From: Methylobacter sp.
GTDB lineage: Bacteria > Pseudomonadota > Gammaproteobacteria > Methylococcales > Methylomonadaceae
Assembly (NCBI GenBank): GCA_026399025.1
Contig: JAPLRU010000090.1
Span: forward strand, 46,881 to 110,880
Direction: 5' to 3'
DNA: 64,000 nucleotides
Part shown: positions 27,988 through 40,000 of the stretch, piece after piece
How positions within the stretch are numbered: position 1 is the stretch's first letter
Layout of the letters: the number at the start of each line of letters is the position of its first letter
Program-made: the position numbers and the translations under genes
The notes under the pieces: generated by a model
What the model saw: the letters and a program-made list of their open reading frames with translations, nothing else
Told to the model about the DNA's origin: nothing
Databases searched by the model: none

Positions 27988-28503
27988 ATGAACAAAAACG
28001 CCGGATTTACACTGATTGAAGTCCTGATAGCCATGCTGGTGTTGGCGGTCGGCTTGCTGGGCTTGGCCGGCCTGCAAGCAACCGGTCTTAAAAATAACCA
28101 GAGCGCTTATAACCGCAGCCAAGCCATACAATTGGCCTATGACTTGGCTGATAGAATACGGGCTAATAGTAATGGCGCAAGCGGACTGCCTAGCATCGCT
28201 TCCTATACGGCAACCCTTCCAAGCGCAGCCGTCGCTCAACCTAACTGTTTAACTGTCGGTATAACCTGTACCCAGGCCCTGATGGCGCAAAACGATCTTT
28301 TTGAATGGAACAATGCAGTAACGACTGTCTTGCCCGGAGGCGTGGGTACTATCGCTTCCGTGACAGCCCTACCTACCGTCACTATCACGATTACTATCAC
28401 CTGGGATGATAACCGCGATGGCAATATTGACGGCAACGACCCCAACTTTCAAACAAGTTTTCAGTGCCAAAATCCTCCCGCTACCACCGAATTATATTGT
28501 TAA
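27988..28503 (+). CDS. pilV: Type IV pilus minor pilin PilV
   Basis: MNKNAG|FTLIEVLIAMLVLAVGLLGLAGLQ is a typical PilV N-terminus. Position in the operon fits. Confidence 0.85.
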   Translation: MNKNAGFTLIEVLIAMLVLAVGLLGLAGLQATGLKNNQSAYNRSQAIQLAYDLADRIRANSNGASGLPSIASYTATLPSAAVAQPNCLTVGITCTQALMAQNDLFEWNNAVTTVLPGGVGTIASVTALPTVTITITITWDDNRDGNIDGNDPNFQTSFQCQNPPATTELYC

Positions 28504-28504
28504 T

Positions 28505-29392
28505 ATGAGTACCGAGTTTTTAACGCAAACGGCTATCCGGGAGGGTGTTCAATCGGTTCATGATCTGAACGCCATCGATAAAGGTAATGCCGCAACAGTG
28601 CCGGGCGCAGTCGATCCGCATCGCCGCCAACTCGGCATGACCTTGATAGAAATCATGATCGCCTTGCTCATCGGCGCGTTTTTACTGGGCGGGGTGATGC
28701 AAATTTTTGTAAGCAGCCAACAAACCAACAGAATGCAGGAAAATTTATCCCGATTGCAGGAAAACGGCCGGTTTGCGATGGAATTTATTAGCAAGGATAT
28801 TCGCCGAGCCGGTTATTGGGGCTGTCTTCGCCCAAGCAGCCCTGATATTGATATTGCCGGAACAAATGATAATACCGCCAATGGCGATAATATTGATAAC
28901 GGTACCGATACACTAATTCTGAGAGGGGCATTTTCTCCTCAGGTAAGCGCGTGTATTGAGCCGCCCATAGTAGGCTGTCCGCTTCCTTTTGTAAGAACCC
29001 CAACAAGCTGTGGTGATCAAGGTGTTATAACGGATACTTATTATACTGATCCCACTTCAACGATTACGTATCTGATAAACGGTAGTGTGTTACAACAAAA
29101 TACCAATGGACAGAATAACGGATTGATTGAAGGTATTGAAGATATGCAGATTTTATACGGCGTGGATACCGATACCGATGGCACCGCCAATTATTATGTA
29201 TCGGCAAATAATGTAGTTAATATGGCTCAAGTTATCAGCATCCGCATTAGCCTGTTAGCCGCCACTGTTGACGACAACCTCGCCGCTCAACCTTTAACTT
29301 ACACCTACAACGGAGTGACGACCACACCGGCAGATCTCAGAATCAGACGGGTATTTAACACCACGATAGCCATGCGTAACCGGCTGCCGTAA
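28505..29392 (+). CDS. pilW: Type IV pilus minor pilin PilW. Start uncertain: ATG 28505 coupled to the pilV stop, or GTG 28598.
   Basis: RRQLG|MTLIEIMIALLIGAFLLGG with Glu at +5. PilW-like C-terminus (IRISLLA...RRVFNTTIAMRNRL). Confidence 0.8.
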   Translation: MSTEFLTQTAIREGVQSVHDLNAIDKGNAATVPGAVDPHRRQLGMTLIEIMIALLIGAFLLGGVMQIFVSSQQTNRMQENLSRLQENGRFAMEFISKDIRRAGYWGCLRPSSPDIDIAGTNDNTANGDNIDNGTDTLILRGAFSPQVSACIEPPIVGCPLPFVRTPTSCGDQGVITDTYYTDPTSTITYLINGSVLQQNTNGQNNGLIEGIEDMQILYGVDTDTDGTANYYVSANNVVNMAQVISIRISLLAATVDDNLAAQPLTYTYNGVTTTPADLRIRRVFNTTIAMRNRLP

Positions 29393-29409
29393 AACGGAGG
29401 CACTTATCA

Positions 29410-30039
29410 ATGAACAATCAACAAGCAGTCAGGCCCCGAGCATCGACTCCGCTCAGTGAAAGACTTAATTCAATAGGATTGGAGAACATGCCGCGGGCCT
29501 CCATGCAGGTGAACCCAGCCTATCAATCCGGCGCTGTATTGATAATCAGTTTAGTGATGTTGCTGCTATTGACGCTGATCGGCACGACCGGTATGCAAAC
29601 CACATCGCTGGAAGAAAAAATGGTCGGCAATATGCGCGATCAAAACAATGCTTTCCAGATCGCAGAGACGGTTTTACGTGCCGGAGAAGCAATAGTTCAA
29701 GCCGCAACCCCGACATCTCTTGCGACTCTCTGTGGTCTATGCACCAACGGTTATTATGACAGTTCCACGGATGCAACCGCTTGCCCGCAACCGCCTAATT
29801 GGCAAACTATTGATTGGACCGACCCTAGCCAAGTTGCCACCTATAACGTGAATGGCACTAACTACGCCTATTATATTGAGCGACTCGACGTCAGTGTATC
29901 TTCTGACGGGAATCTTGTTGCAGGAACGCCAGTAGATGGGGTAGCTACTCCATCTACCAATTGGTATCGAATCACTGCGCGCGGGACAGGCAGTATGAAT
30001 AATGCCGTGGTTTTGTTGCAATCGACTTACACGCGGTAA
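29410..30039 (+). CDS. pilX: Type IV pilus minor pilin PilX
   Basis: GGAGG RBS. PilX_N-like segment QSGAVLIISLVMLLLLTLIGTTGMQTTSLEEKMVGN. Position between pilW and pilY1. Confidence 0.75.
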   Translation: MNNQQAVRPRASTPLSERLNSIGLENMPRASMQVNPAYQSGAVLIISLVMLLLLTLIGTTGMQTTSLEEKMVGNMRDQNNAFQIAETVLRAGEAIVQAATPTSLATLCGLCTNGYYDSSTDATACPQPPNWQTIDWTDPSQVATYNVNGTNYAYYIERLDVSVSSDGNLVAGTPVDGVATPSTNWYRITARGTGSMNNAVVLLQSTYTR

Positions 30040-30079
30040 ACAGTGTCTTCAGTGACGTATTGGTATTCAGGGATCAGTT

Positions 30080-33000
30080 ATGAACGCTAACAACATCTAC
30101 AAAACGATTACTTTGCTCGTTACTCTGGTTGGCGCTGCACTGACGCCGGCGTTAGCGCTAACGATCACCCCCGCCCAAAAACCCTTGTACATAGGTTCGT
30201 CCAAGGCATCGCCCAATATTATGCTGATGATAGATAATTCAGGGTCGATGAGCACCAATGTTACCACGGTGGCCCATACCCCTAACGACATGCCGGCAGG
30301 TACTAGCTATACTTGCAGCTCAGCTGTCTTTGGCGGTGCGCCGGATATAGCCGGTGCAACAACGACCATTAATATGGTGGTGGATTCGTCCGGCGTACCC
30401 AGATTCTGTACTAACAGTTTCTGCAGCACCAGTTCAGCCTTTAGCCTGTTAAAGTGTTTTGATAATACAAAATACTATAAAGTCAAATACTTTCGCGGCA
30501 CCAGTCTGGCTTCCGATGTTTATCTGGGCTTAAATTTGAACTGGTATTTCAAGAGCGGCAGTTTTACCAAGGGGAGTTTGCTGTGGGGAGCCACAAGCAG
30601 AGACCGCATAACTATTGCCAAAGAGGCCGCTACCACGCTGGTGAACTCACTGGTGCCTGATGAAGGTAACGCCCCGACGGTACGTTTGGGCTTGACAACC
30701 TTTAACGGAAATACCGGCGGGCAGATATTATCGGATATGGGAGCGCTGACTAATTCTTATGCAGAGGACATCAATGCTCAAATTGCGACATTGACGCCTA
30801 CCGGCTTTACTCCTCTGGCGGAAGTTTTGGCGGATATCGGACGATATTTCAGTGATGGCGGGGGAGCTTATACCGGTGAACTTATATTACATCCCGGCCA
30901 AAGCAATCAAAAATCAGAGCCTCTGGATACTATTTATAATAATGGACTTGCCACCCCCACCTCGCACAGTATCAAAAATAGTACCGATCATGGCACATTA
31001 AGCGTAGCTGTTGAAAATTATTGCCAGAAAAATTTTGCGATTCTAGTCACCGATGGTTTGCCCAATAAAGATCGCGAGATCAGTTTGTCCTTGCGTGATT
31101 ATTCCGGCGATTGCGTTAAAGGTCTTTGCGATGCAACGCCTTCAGCAGACTCTACCAGTGATATGCCGGGAGGTGTGATGAGTTCAAGCGTTTCGACATG
31201 TGATCCTGGCAAATATTATTTAGCCTGTAAAAATGGTGCCAGAGTAGGTCGTAAATACGAAAGCTACGGTTCCGACTACCTTGATGATGTTGCCCAAGCT
31301 TTATATGAAATGGATTTGCGCCCGGATTTAATCAAACCCTCAGCCAGCTACAAGAATAATCTGGTGACTTATGCGATTGGTTTTGCCGATCCCAGTTTAA
31401 CCGAAGATCTGAATGGCAATAGCGTGTTGGATCCTGGAGAAGATGTTAATGCTAACGGCAAGCTGGATAACGATTCTATACTCAAGGATGCGGCGGCGCG
31501 AGGCGGCGGCAAGTTTTATTTTGCCAATAACCTTGGCGAGCTGACCGACTCGTTAAATAATATTTTGTCCGATATTTCCACTAAAGTAGGCTCGTCTTCT
31601 TCGGTAGCGGCGAATTCGACAAAGCTGGGCACCGATACGGCTATTTATCAAGCCAAGTTCGACAGCAGCGATTGGACGGGGAGTTTTGTCGCCTTACCAC
31701 TCAGTGCCAGTGAAGATATTAACGGTAACGGACTTCTGGATACGGGCGAAGATATTAATGATAACAAGATATTAGATGCCGGCATCATTGGCGATATCCA
31801 ATGGGAAGCCGCTAAAAAAATTCCGGTTTTTAGCTCGCGCAATATTTTTACTTATAATCCGGATCACTCGCCCAAAGGCGTACTGTTTCAATGCGACAAT
31901 CTAACCGACGGTCAGAAAACACACCTAGGCATCGGTAACTGTTCAAACTCCAGCGATCAGGGCGTCTGGCGCTTGAATTATTTGCGCGGCGACTTGACTC
32001 ATGAAGCCAGAAATCCATTGCGTAAAGCCGCAGATCCCAATCCCGAACCTAGACCGGCGGGCGGGATTTTTCGTAATCGCACCCGCTTTGACAATGCGAC
32101 CGGTTATGCGTTACAGCCCGACCCGTGGCTGTTAGGCGACATCGTCAATTCCGATCCGGTTTATGTCGGCTCTGAGCACTACGGTTACGATAAATTGCCC
32201 GGCACCGCGCCCGAAAGAAGCAGTTACTCAAGCTTTGTGAACCTTAACAAAACCCGGCAAAGAATGGTTTATGTCGGCGCTAATGACGGCATGCTTCATG
32301 GCTACGACGCTAATTTAATCAGCACCAATAGCGGGGAGGAAATTTTCGCCTACATCCCGAATGCGGTTTACAGTCAATTAACTGCGTTATCGGCACCCGC
32401 TTATGTTCATCAATATTCGGTGGACGGCTCGCCGCGCGTCAGCGATGCCTATTTTGCCGACAGCTGGCACACCGTATTGGCCGGCACCACCGGTGCGGGG
32501 GGGAAAGCGGTATTTGCGCTGGATATTACCGATCCTAAGGGTTTTACGGGTGATGATGTGCTGTGGGAAATCAGCGATACCACCAGTCCTCTGGCCTCGG
32601 ATCTGACGACAGATACTTCGGCATTGCGCGGATTCCAAAACAACATGGGCTACTCTTTGCCGCAGCCGTCTATTGTGCGGATGAACGACGGCTCGTATGC
32701 GGCTATTGTCGCAAACGGTTATGCCGGCGCCAATAATCTGGCCGTGTTATATGTTGTTGATATTCAAACCGGCCATATTATCAGGGCATTCAGTACCGAG
32801 ACCGGAAGTTCGGATCATCCTAACGGTTTATCGGCGCCAATTGCCGTTGATGTTGATAATAATCGAACCGCGGACGCCATTTATGCGGGCGATTTATTGG
32901 GTAATTTATGGAAGTTTGATGTGAGTTCCACCTCTCCAAACGCCTGGACAATAGCTTACAGCGGCTCTCCGTTATTTGTGGCTTGCAGTAGTAATGCGCT

Positions 33001-33790
33001 TCCGTGCGAGACCACTGCTCGGCAGCCGATTACCGCCAGGCCGCAAGTGGGCAAGGCCGAAGATAAGAAAAGTATTATGGTTTATTTCGGTACCGGCAAA
33101 TATTTTGAAGAGTCGGATGTTAATGTGGCCGATGCGCAAACCCAGAGTCTTTACGCTGTGTGGGACAATAACGCGGTGGTCGCGCGTAGTGAGTTACAGC
33201 AGCAAAGCATCGTCGCTGAATTAAAGGTAGGTAACTTTAATTCGCGAGTGACTACAAATAACGCTGTCGATTATTCAACTAAAAAAGGCTGGTATATGGA
33301 TTTGTCGGTAGCCGGCAGTGAAGGCGAACGATCTGTCAGTACGCCGCTAATACTGGGTAAGCGGGTTATTTTCACGACATCGATACCTATTCCGCCAAAA
33401 GGTACCGAGAGTTGCAGTTCGGGTTCCGATGGCGTTAGCTGGATAATGGAAATGACTGCATTAACGGGGAGCCGTATTGATAGCGGAGCTAGTGGATCCG
33501 GCGGAACCGGCACTTTCGATCTTAATGGCGATGGCGTTATTGATAATAATGATTTAGTTACTATTACTATCGATGGCGTTACTGTAGCAGTTACAGTCAG
33601 TGGTATATTGCCCGAGTACGGTATTTTCGACACGCCCACCATTGTTAATATCAATAAAAATGTAGCTGAACTACTCATTAACGGCAGCAATCAGGACAAT
33701 GGTGTTGGCTCGGTTAAGTCGGCGTATGAGTCTGATGGCACAATGCCCCCTTTAGGCAGGCAATCCTGGCAACAATTGAATATCAATTGA
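30080..33790 (+). CDS. pilY1: PilY1-like type IV pilus tip adhesin / biogenesis factor (1236 aa) with an N-terminal vWA domain
   Basis: MIDAS-like MLMIDNSGSMS near the N-terminus. C-terminal PilY1 propeller blocks (GANDGMLHGYDA, GDLLGNLWKFD). EF-hand-like FDLNGDGVIDNNDLV. Follows pilX. Confidence 0.85.
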   Translation: MNANNIYKTITLLVTLVGAALTPALALTITPAQKPLYIGSSKASPNIMLMIDNSGSMSTNVTTVAHTPNDMPAGTSYTCSSAVFGGAPDIAGATTTINMVVDSSGVPRFCTNSFCSTSSAFSLLKCFDNTKYYKVKYFRGTSLASDVYLGLNLNWYFKSGSFTKGSLLWGATSRDRITIAKEAATTLVNSLVPDEGNAPTVRLGLTTFNGNTGGQILSDMGALTNSYAEDINAQIATLTPTGFTPLAEVLADIGRYFSDGGGAYTGELILHPGQSNQKSEPLDTIYNNGLATPTSHSIKNSTDHGTLSVAVENYCQKNFAILVTDGLPNKDREISLSLRDYSGDCVKGLCDATPSADSTSDMPGGVMSSSVSTCDPGKYYLACKNGARVGRKYESYGSDYLDDVAQALYEMDLRPDLIKPSASYKNNLVTYAIGFADPSLTEDLNGNSVLDPGEDVNANGKLDNDSILKDAAARGGGKFYFANNLGELTDSLNNILSDISTKVGSSSSVAANSTKLGTDTAIYQAKFDSSDWTGSFVALPLSASEDINGNGLLDTGEDINDNKILDAGIIGDIQWEAAKKIPVFSSRNIFTYNPDHSPKGVLFQCDNLTDGQKTHLGIGNCSNSSDQGVWRLNYLRGDLTHEARNPLRKAADPNPEPRPAGGIFRNRTRFDNATGYALQPDPWLLGDIVNSDPVYVGSEHYGYDKLPGTAPERSSYSSFVNLNKTRQRMVYVGANDGMLHGYDANLISTNSGEEIFAYIPNAVYSQLTALSAPAYVHQYSVDGSPRVSDAYFADSWHTVLAGTTGAGGKAVFALDITDPKGFTGDDVLWEISDTTSPLASDLTTDTSALRGFQNNMGYSLPQPSIVRMNDGSYAAIVANGYAGANNLAVLYVVDIQTGHIIRAFSTETGSSDHPNGLSAPIAVDVDNNRTADAIYAGDLLGNLWKFDVSSTSPNAWTIAYSGSPLFVACSSNALPCETTARQPITARPQVGKAEDKKSIMVYFGTGKYFEESDVNVADAQTQSLYAVWDNNAVVARSELQQQSIVAELKVGNFNSRVTTNNAVDYSTKKGWYMDLSVAGSEGERSVSTPLILGKRVIFTTSIPIPPKGTESCSSGSDGVSWIMEMTALTGSRIDSGASGSGGTGTFDLNGDGVIDNNDLVTITIDGVTVAVTVSGILPEYGIFDTPTIVNINKNVAELLINGSNQDNGVGSVKSAYESDGTMPPLGRQSWQQLNIN

Positions 33791-33867
33791 TAGTGCGGAT
33801 GTGAAAACAGCATTTCTCAATATAGGTGTGCCGCGGGTACCGGAGAATAGCACGATTGCATCATTGT

Positions 33868-33932
33868 AACGCTCCAGCGTCACCGCAACGCTGGAGCGTT
33901 GCAGACTGAATTCCCACGCCGGAGCGTGGGAA
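33868..33932. repeat. REP-like palindromic units between the convergent pilY1 and adhesin genes
   Basis: aacgctccagcgt-caccgca-acgctggagcgtt, followed by ttcccacgccggagcgtgggaa. Confidence 0.6.
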
Positions 33933-34095
33933 CTATAAGTTTTTAAATCAGCTCCATCCGCGTCATCCGTCGACTGCAAGGATGCAGGAGGTAGGGCAAT
34001 GCAGGAGCAATTGCCGAGTTCCATTAATCGTTTCCAGCATACGCTGAACAGTTACAAAACACATCATAATGGTATTTTTAAAAACGCATTATCCC

Positions 34096-37000
34096 TTAGA
34101 TAAAGGTACCTGTTGTTAACGAAGTAACTGTTGAGCTGCCGACTAATGAAATAAGGAGATCGTCAGTAGTCCCACTGCTGTAATCGAACTGATCATTGGC
34201 ATTCATATCAACGGCCAGATATTTAATGGTGCCGTCTGTCACAATCGCAGCTTCAATCGTCCCGGCGTGTGATGCAAATCCAAATCCCGATTGCGTCAAC
34301 AACGTATTCATGCTGGCGGCAAATGCGGCTTGGTTGAGGGTTCCGGAAACAGCGGTGCCGATATTGGTTACTGTAACAGGCAAGTCAATCCTGTCCGCTA
34401 AAACGCCGTTTAGCACTAAATCGTTATAAAGGTCATATCCATTTCCCGGCGCATCGTTAATATCCGCTGTGGCAAACACTACCGTGTCGTTACCTGTTCC
34501 TGTTGCTATTGTATCTTTGCCAATACCGCCGGTAATCGTATCGTTACCGGCGCCTCCATCAATGCTGTCACTGCCCGCTAAACCGGTAAGCGTATCGTTA
34601 TTCGATGTGCCGGTAAGAAAGTTGCGTGGGATGAAGTTGTTGTTTACCAGCAATTGCGCGAGCGAACTCGTGCTGTTGTACACGTTATAGGTGATTGAAC
34701 TATTGGTCGCGGTCCCCTGCGCAGTCCAGGCGCCTAACATAGTGACCGAATTTCCCCAGCCTCCGTCAACCACTAATTGATGGCGGTCAACGCCGGCACT
34801 CAATCCTACCCAGCCATTGCCGCTGTTAAACCGGTTCATGCCGCTTATATCCAGTATATCGGCAGCGGTGAGCTTCAGGCTGTTATTGCTGCTATTGCTG
34901 TTCAGATCGATACGCTCAATGCTTTCAATCCGGCTATAAGTCATCTGATTACTAATCGCTGTTAAATCCAAGGTGATATTTGTGCCGGACAATACCAGCG
35001 TATCGATGCCGCTGCCGCCGTCGATACGCGCCAGATTGCCGTTAGTCGCATCCGGCACATTCGAAACAAGATTGGCAATGTTGTTGGCGGAAAGTTGAAA
35101 GCTGTCATTGCCGCCTCCGCCATAAAGCACATCGGCGCCGCCGGCGCCAACCAAAGTATCATTGCCGCCTTTAGCGATGATGGTTTCGCTTGCCGCCGTA
35201 CCGGTGAGTGTCTCGGCGTTATCGGTGCCGACCTGATCGACTATGGCCGTTTGGCCGAACAGGCTGCTGTTGCTACCGAAGATCACGTAACTGCGACCTG
35301 CATCGGTCGCTATTTCATCATTTTGAGGCGCTCCGATGATAATATCGGCGAAGCCGTCGGCATTGACATCGCCCGCGGCGGCCACCGAAAGGCCGGTATA
35401 ATCTTCGGTAGTCGTGCCGTTGACGACAAAACCGCCGCTGCCGTTTTCAACGTCGGAAAGGTTAACCGCCGTCGTCGTGGTTTTTCCTAATACCAGATAG
35501 GTGCGTCCCGCAAACGCGCGGGTCGATGAGGGCGTCGCCAAGTTTGCACCAATCAGCAAATCGGCCAGACCGTCACCGTTAAAATCGCCCGCCGAAGCCA
35601 CGGAAATGCCGCTGCCGTCATTTGCGGCTTGACCGTTGATGACAAAACCGGCAGTGCCCAACGCGGCAAGATCGACAGCTGCCGTAGTGGCCTTGCCGAA
35701 GACGACATAGCTGCGCCCCGCATCGCTAGCTATTGCGTCATTTTGCGGGGCTCCGACAATCACATCGGCATAGCCGTCGCCATTGACGTCACCGGCCGAG
35801 GCGACGGAGTAGCCGCTCAGATCGCCCGCCGTTTGCCCGTTGATCACAAAACCGCCGGTAGGCGTAGCCGCCGCAACAGAAGAAAGGTTAACCGCCGCGG
35901 TATCCGCTTTGCCGAATACGACATAGCTGCGCCCTGCATCCGCACGGGATGAAGGATCGCTTTGAGGCGCGCCGACAATGACATCGGCTAAGCCATCGCC
36001 ATTGACATCGCCGGCAGAAGCCACGGAAATGCCGCTCCAATCGTCGGCCGCCTGTCCGTTGATGATAAAACCACCGGTACCAGCGGCAACGGCGGAAAGG
36101 TTAATCGCCGTAGTGTCGGTTTTGCCGAACACCACATAGCTGCTGCCCGCCCATGCCGAGGCTCCAATTGCGCCGACAATGAGATCGGGTAAGCCGTCGC
36201 CATTGACATCACCGGCCGAAGCCACGGAGAAACCGCTTTGATCGCTGTCGGCTTGTCCGTTAATCACAAAGCCGCCGCTACCCGCCGCAATGGCGGAAAG
36301 ATTAACGGCTGTCGTGTCGGTTTTGCCGAATATCACATAGCTATGGCCGGTCCCATTCAAGCTGGTATAAGCGCCTACGGTATCGCCTACGATCAGGTCG
36401 GCCAGTCCGTCGGCATTGATGTCACCGGCTGACGCGACAGAAATGCCGCCCATATCGTTCATCGTAGTTCCGTTAATAACAAAGCCCCCGATACCTGCGG
36501 TAATGGCTGAAAGATTAACCGCAGTGGTGGCGGTTTGACCGAAAACCACATAACTGCGGCCCGCCCAGTTACCTGCCGATGAGTTACTGTTAAAGCCGCC
36601 GATAATCAAATCATCCAAACCATCGCCGTTGACATCGCCTGCGGAAGCAACCGAAACACCGCTTAAACCTTCCTGCGATTCTCCATTAATGGCAAAACCG
36701 GTACTGGCAAGGGTGCTGATTTCAAGGGCCGGCGTATATACGGTCACTGAATTAGTGGATGCTAAAGAGACGTTACCCGCCTTATCGACGGTATAGACAT
36801 GGTAAACACCGTTCACCAGCCGGGTTGCAGCCAGCTGGGTATTGAAATTTACCGTTTTAATGGGCACGCTGTTCCACAAACTGCCGTCAACGCCTGTGAT
36901 CGAGGCCAAGTTAGTCACCGCAACGCTGTCATTGACCAAGTAAGCCGTACCCAATTCAGTGCTTTGAACGGTCGCTTTGGCGGTGCTTTGAAGCGTTGCG

Positions 37001-40000
37001 GCGACCACTGTTGCTGACGGTGCGGTCGTATCGATAGTTACCGAGTTGGTCGAGGCAATAGACAAGTTACCGGAAGCATCAACGGCATAGACTTTATAGA
37101 TGCCGTCGATTAAGCCCGTTGCGGCCAGTAAGGTGCTGGCGTTGGCAGCCGCAAGGGTAACACTGTTCCAGAGATTATCAGCCGCGCCGGTAATGGAGGC
37201 AAGAGTGGTAACGGCAAGCGTATTTTTCACCAAATACGCGGTGCCGACTTCCGTACTTTGAACAGACGCATTGGCGGTATTTTGCATGGTCGCAACATTG
37301 ACAATGGCCGTAGGCGCGGTGGTATCGGCTACATTCACCGAAGCGGTTGACGCCAAAGACAAGTTGCCCGCGGCATCGGTGGTATAAAGCTTATAGCTGC
37401 CTAACTGCAACCCGGCTGCCGCAAGATTGGTATTGGTATCTATCGCAGTAATCGCGACGCTGTTCCATAAGGCGGAGTCAGCGCCGGTAATCGATGCCAC
37501 GGTGGTAACGGACACCGTGCTGTTGACCAAGTAAGCGGTGCCCGGTTCAGAGCTTTTAACAATCGCGTTGGCGGTATCGTTAACGCTTGTGTTGCTGACC
37601 AGTGTTGCGATAGGGGCTGTGTTGTCTACTGTGACCGTATTGGTCGAAGCTACAGACAGAGTGTTCTGGGCATCGACTACATAGACTTTATAGGTACCGT
37701 CAATCAGTCCGGTGGCGGCTAGTGCCGTGTTGGTATTTGCCGCCGCAATAGTGACACTGTTCCATAAGTTGTCAGCCTTGCCGGTAATGTCCGCAACTGT
37801 AGTAACAGAAACGGTGCTTTTCACCAAATAAGCGGTACCGACTCTACTGCTTTGAACCGTGGCATTGGCGGTGTTCTGAATCGTCGCCGAGGTCACGCTG
37901 GCGGTAAAATTGGAATTGACGGGTACTGAAGCACTTGACGCCAGGGACAAATTTCCCGCTACATCGGCGGTATAAACTTTGTAAGTGCCCGTGGCCAAAC
38001 CTACCGCAGCCAGCGAAGTATTGGTACTGGCTACGCCTATCGCGACACTGTTCCATAAATTGTCAGCCGCGCCGGTAATGTCGGCCAGATTGTTGACTGT
38101 AACCGTATCTTTCACTAAATAAGCCGTGCCTGTTTCGGTGCTTTTAACGGTTACGTTGCCTGTATCCTGAACTGTCGTCGTGGTAACGCAGGTTGCCGTG
38201 GGTGCCGTGGTATCAATGGTTACCACTAAACCGGCGGTAACCGTACTGACATTACCCGCCGCATCGGTTGCCTTCGCCGTTAGGGTATGCGCGCCGCTGA
38301 GCAGCGACGATGTGATAATACTGTAGTTACCACCGGTCGCAGTACCCGTGCCGAGTACTGTCGTGCCGTTGGTGTCATAGATTTTTACCGTGCTCCCGGC
38401 TTCGGCCGTGCCTATAACTGTCGGCGTGGTCATGTTGGTAATGTTGTCGGTACTCGACGCGCCCTTGTCCGAAGCCGCATCCAGGTCAGGCGTACTCACA
38501 ACCGGCACGACGGCGTCAACCAGGTAGCCGGAGTTGTCCGCGACCAGCGCATGGGTTAGCGTGGCGGGATTGCCGGCGGCATCTTTCAGCGTGCCGCCGT
38601 TGAGCGTGATACTGTTGGCGGCTATGCTGATGCCGTTGGTATCGGTTTGTCCGGCAAGGATGGTATAGCTAAACACCAATGTGGTGCTGCCGCTGCCGGA
38701 GGCATAATTGGCCTGCACGGTAGTGCCGCCGATATTAAGCGCCAATCGCGGTGTGCCGGTGACGAGGATGGCCTCGCTCATGTTGACGCTGACGCTGATC
38801 ACATCGCCTGTGTTGACGCTGCTGTTCTGGATGCCGGTGGCCGAAGTGACTGCAACGCTGTTGATAGTCGGAGCGGCGGTATCAACAAACAGAATGCCGG
38901 ACGGGTTAAATGTGCCTGCGACATTGGCGTCTTCAAGAAGAGCGTTTTGGATGGTTGCCGAATTCAGGTTAAATGCCGTGACGGTTAAGTCGACATTGGT
39001 GTTTTGTGGGGCGGCAGGGGTGTAGGTAAAAGACAGTATAGTGGTGCCGGTTCCGCCTGTGTAAGTCGCAGTCCCGCCGGTGTTTAACGTCAGCGTTGGC
39101 GAACCGCCGGCCACAGTGACCACATCAGTAAAAGTCACCGTCAGCGTGACGGTCTCGCCGGTTGCCAAGTCGCCGTCGTTAGCGCCGTAATCGACAGACG
39201 ATATAGCGAGTGGGATGCCGCCGTAAGTCAGGCTTAATTCGCCACCGATTGCGGTCAGGTAAGATACCGTCTTACCGGTCAAATCAATCAATACATCGTT
39301 AGCAGCCGTCGTGCCTTGTCGGTACACATAGCTGTGATCGGCCGTTGTGAATGTAACTGCCGTTGCATTCAAAGTGCGGTTGGTTTGCAGGTATTGGACA
39401 ACTGCCGCGACATCCGTCGTTGAGGTTAGATCTACTGCGGAACTGAAGGTATTCGCATCGTCAAAGGTAATTATTCCGTTTGTGATACTGTGCGACTTTA
39501 CCGCAACGCTATTATTTAACAGTAACGTTGAATCTGTGCCATTCGTAGCTGCTGTATCCGGCGCTACTGTTATCGTTGTAAACGTCAGCTTTTCACCGGC
39601 TTCTATGTCGGTGATAACGTCATATCCGGAAAGAGTGCCGTTTATTCCCGTACCGCCGATACTAAGAACGGACTCGCCCGGCGTAAAGATAAACCGGTCC
39701 GCGCCTGTTCCTCCCGTCAAGGTGTCCGCACCGTTGCCCCCTGTCAACGTGTCTACATCGTCGCCTCCCGTCAATGAGTCGGCGCCATCGCCCCCCGTCA
39801 ATGAGTCGGTGCCTGAATTTCCCGTTAGTATATTATTGGTGCTATCACCGGTGACCGTATCGTTACCCGAGCCGCCGATGAAGTTTTCGATATTTCTGAT
39901 CCTGTCGTTTGATCCTCCCGATCCGGTTACTGTTGCGTAAGTGCTGGTATTGAGCGTGACGGTTAGCGCCGCTGCATAAATTGAGTAATTCGCCGTATCG

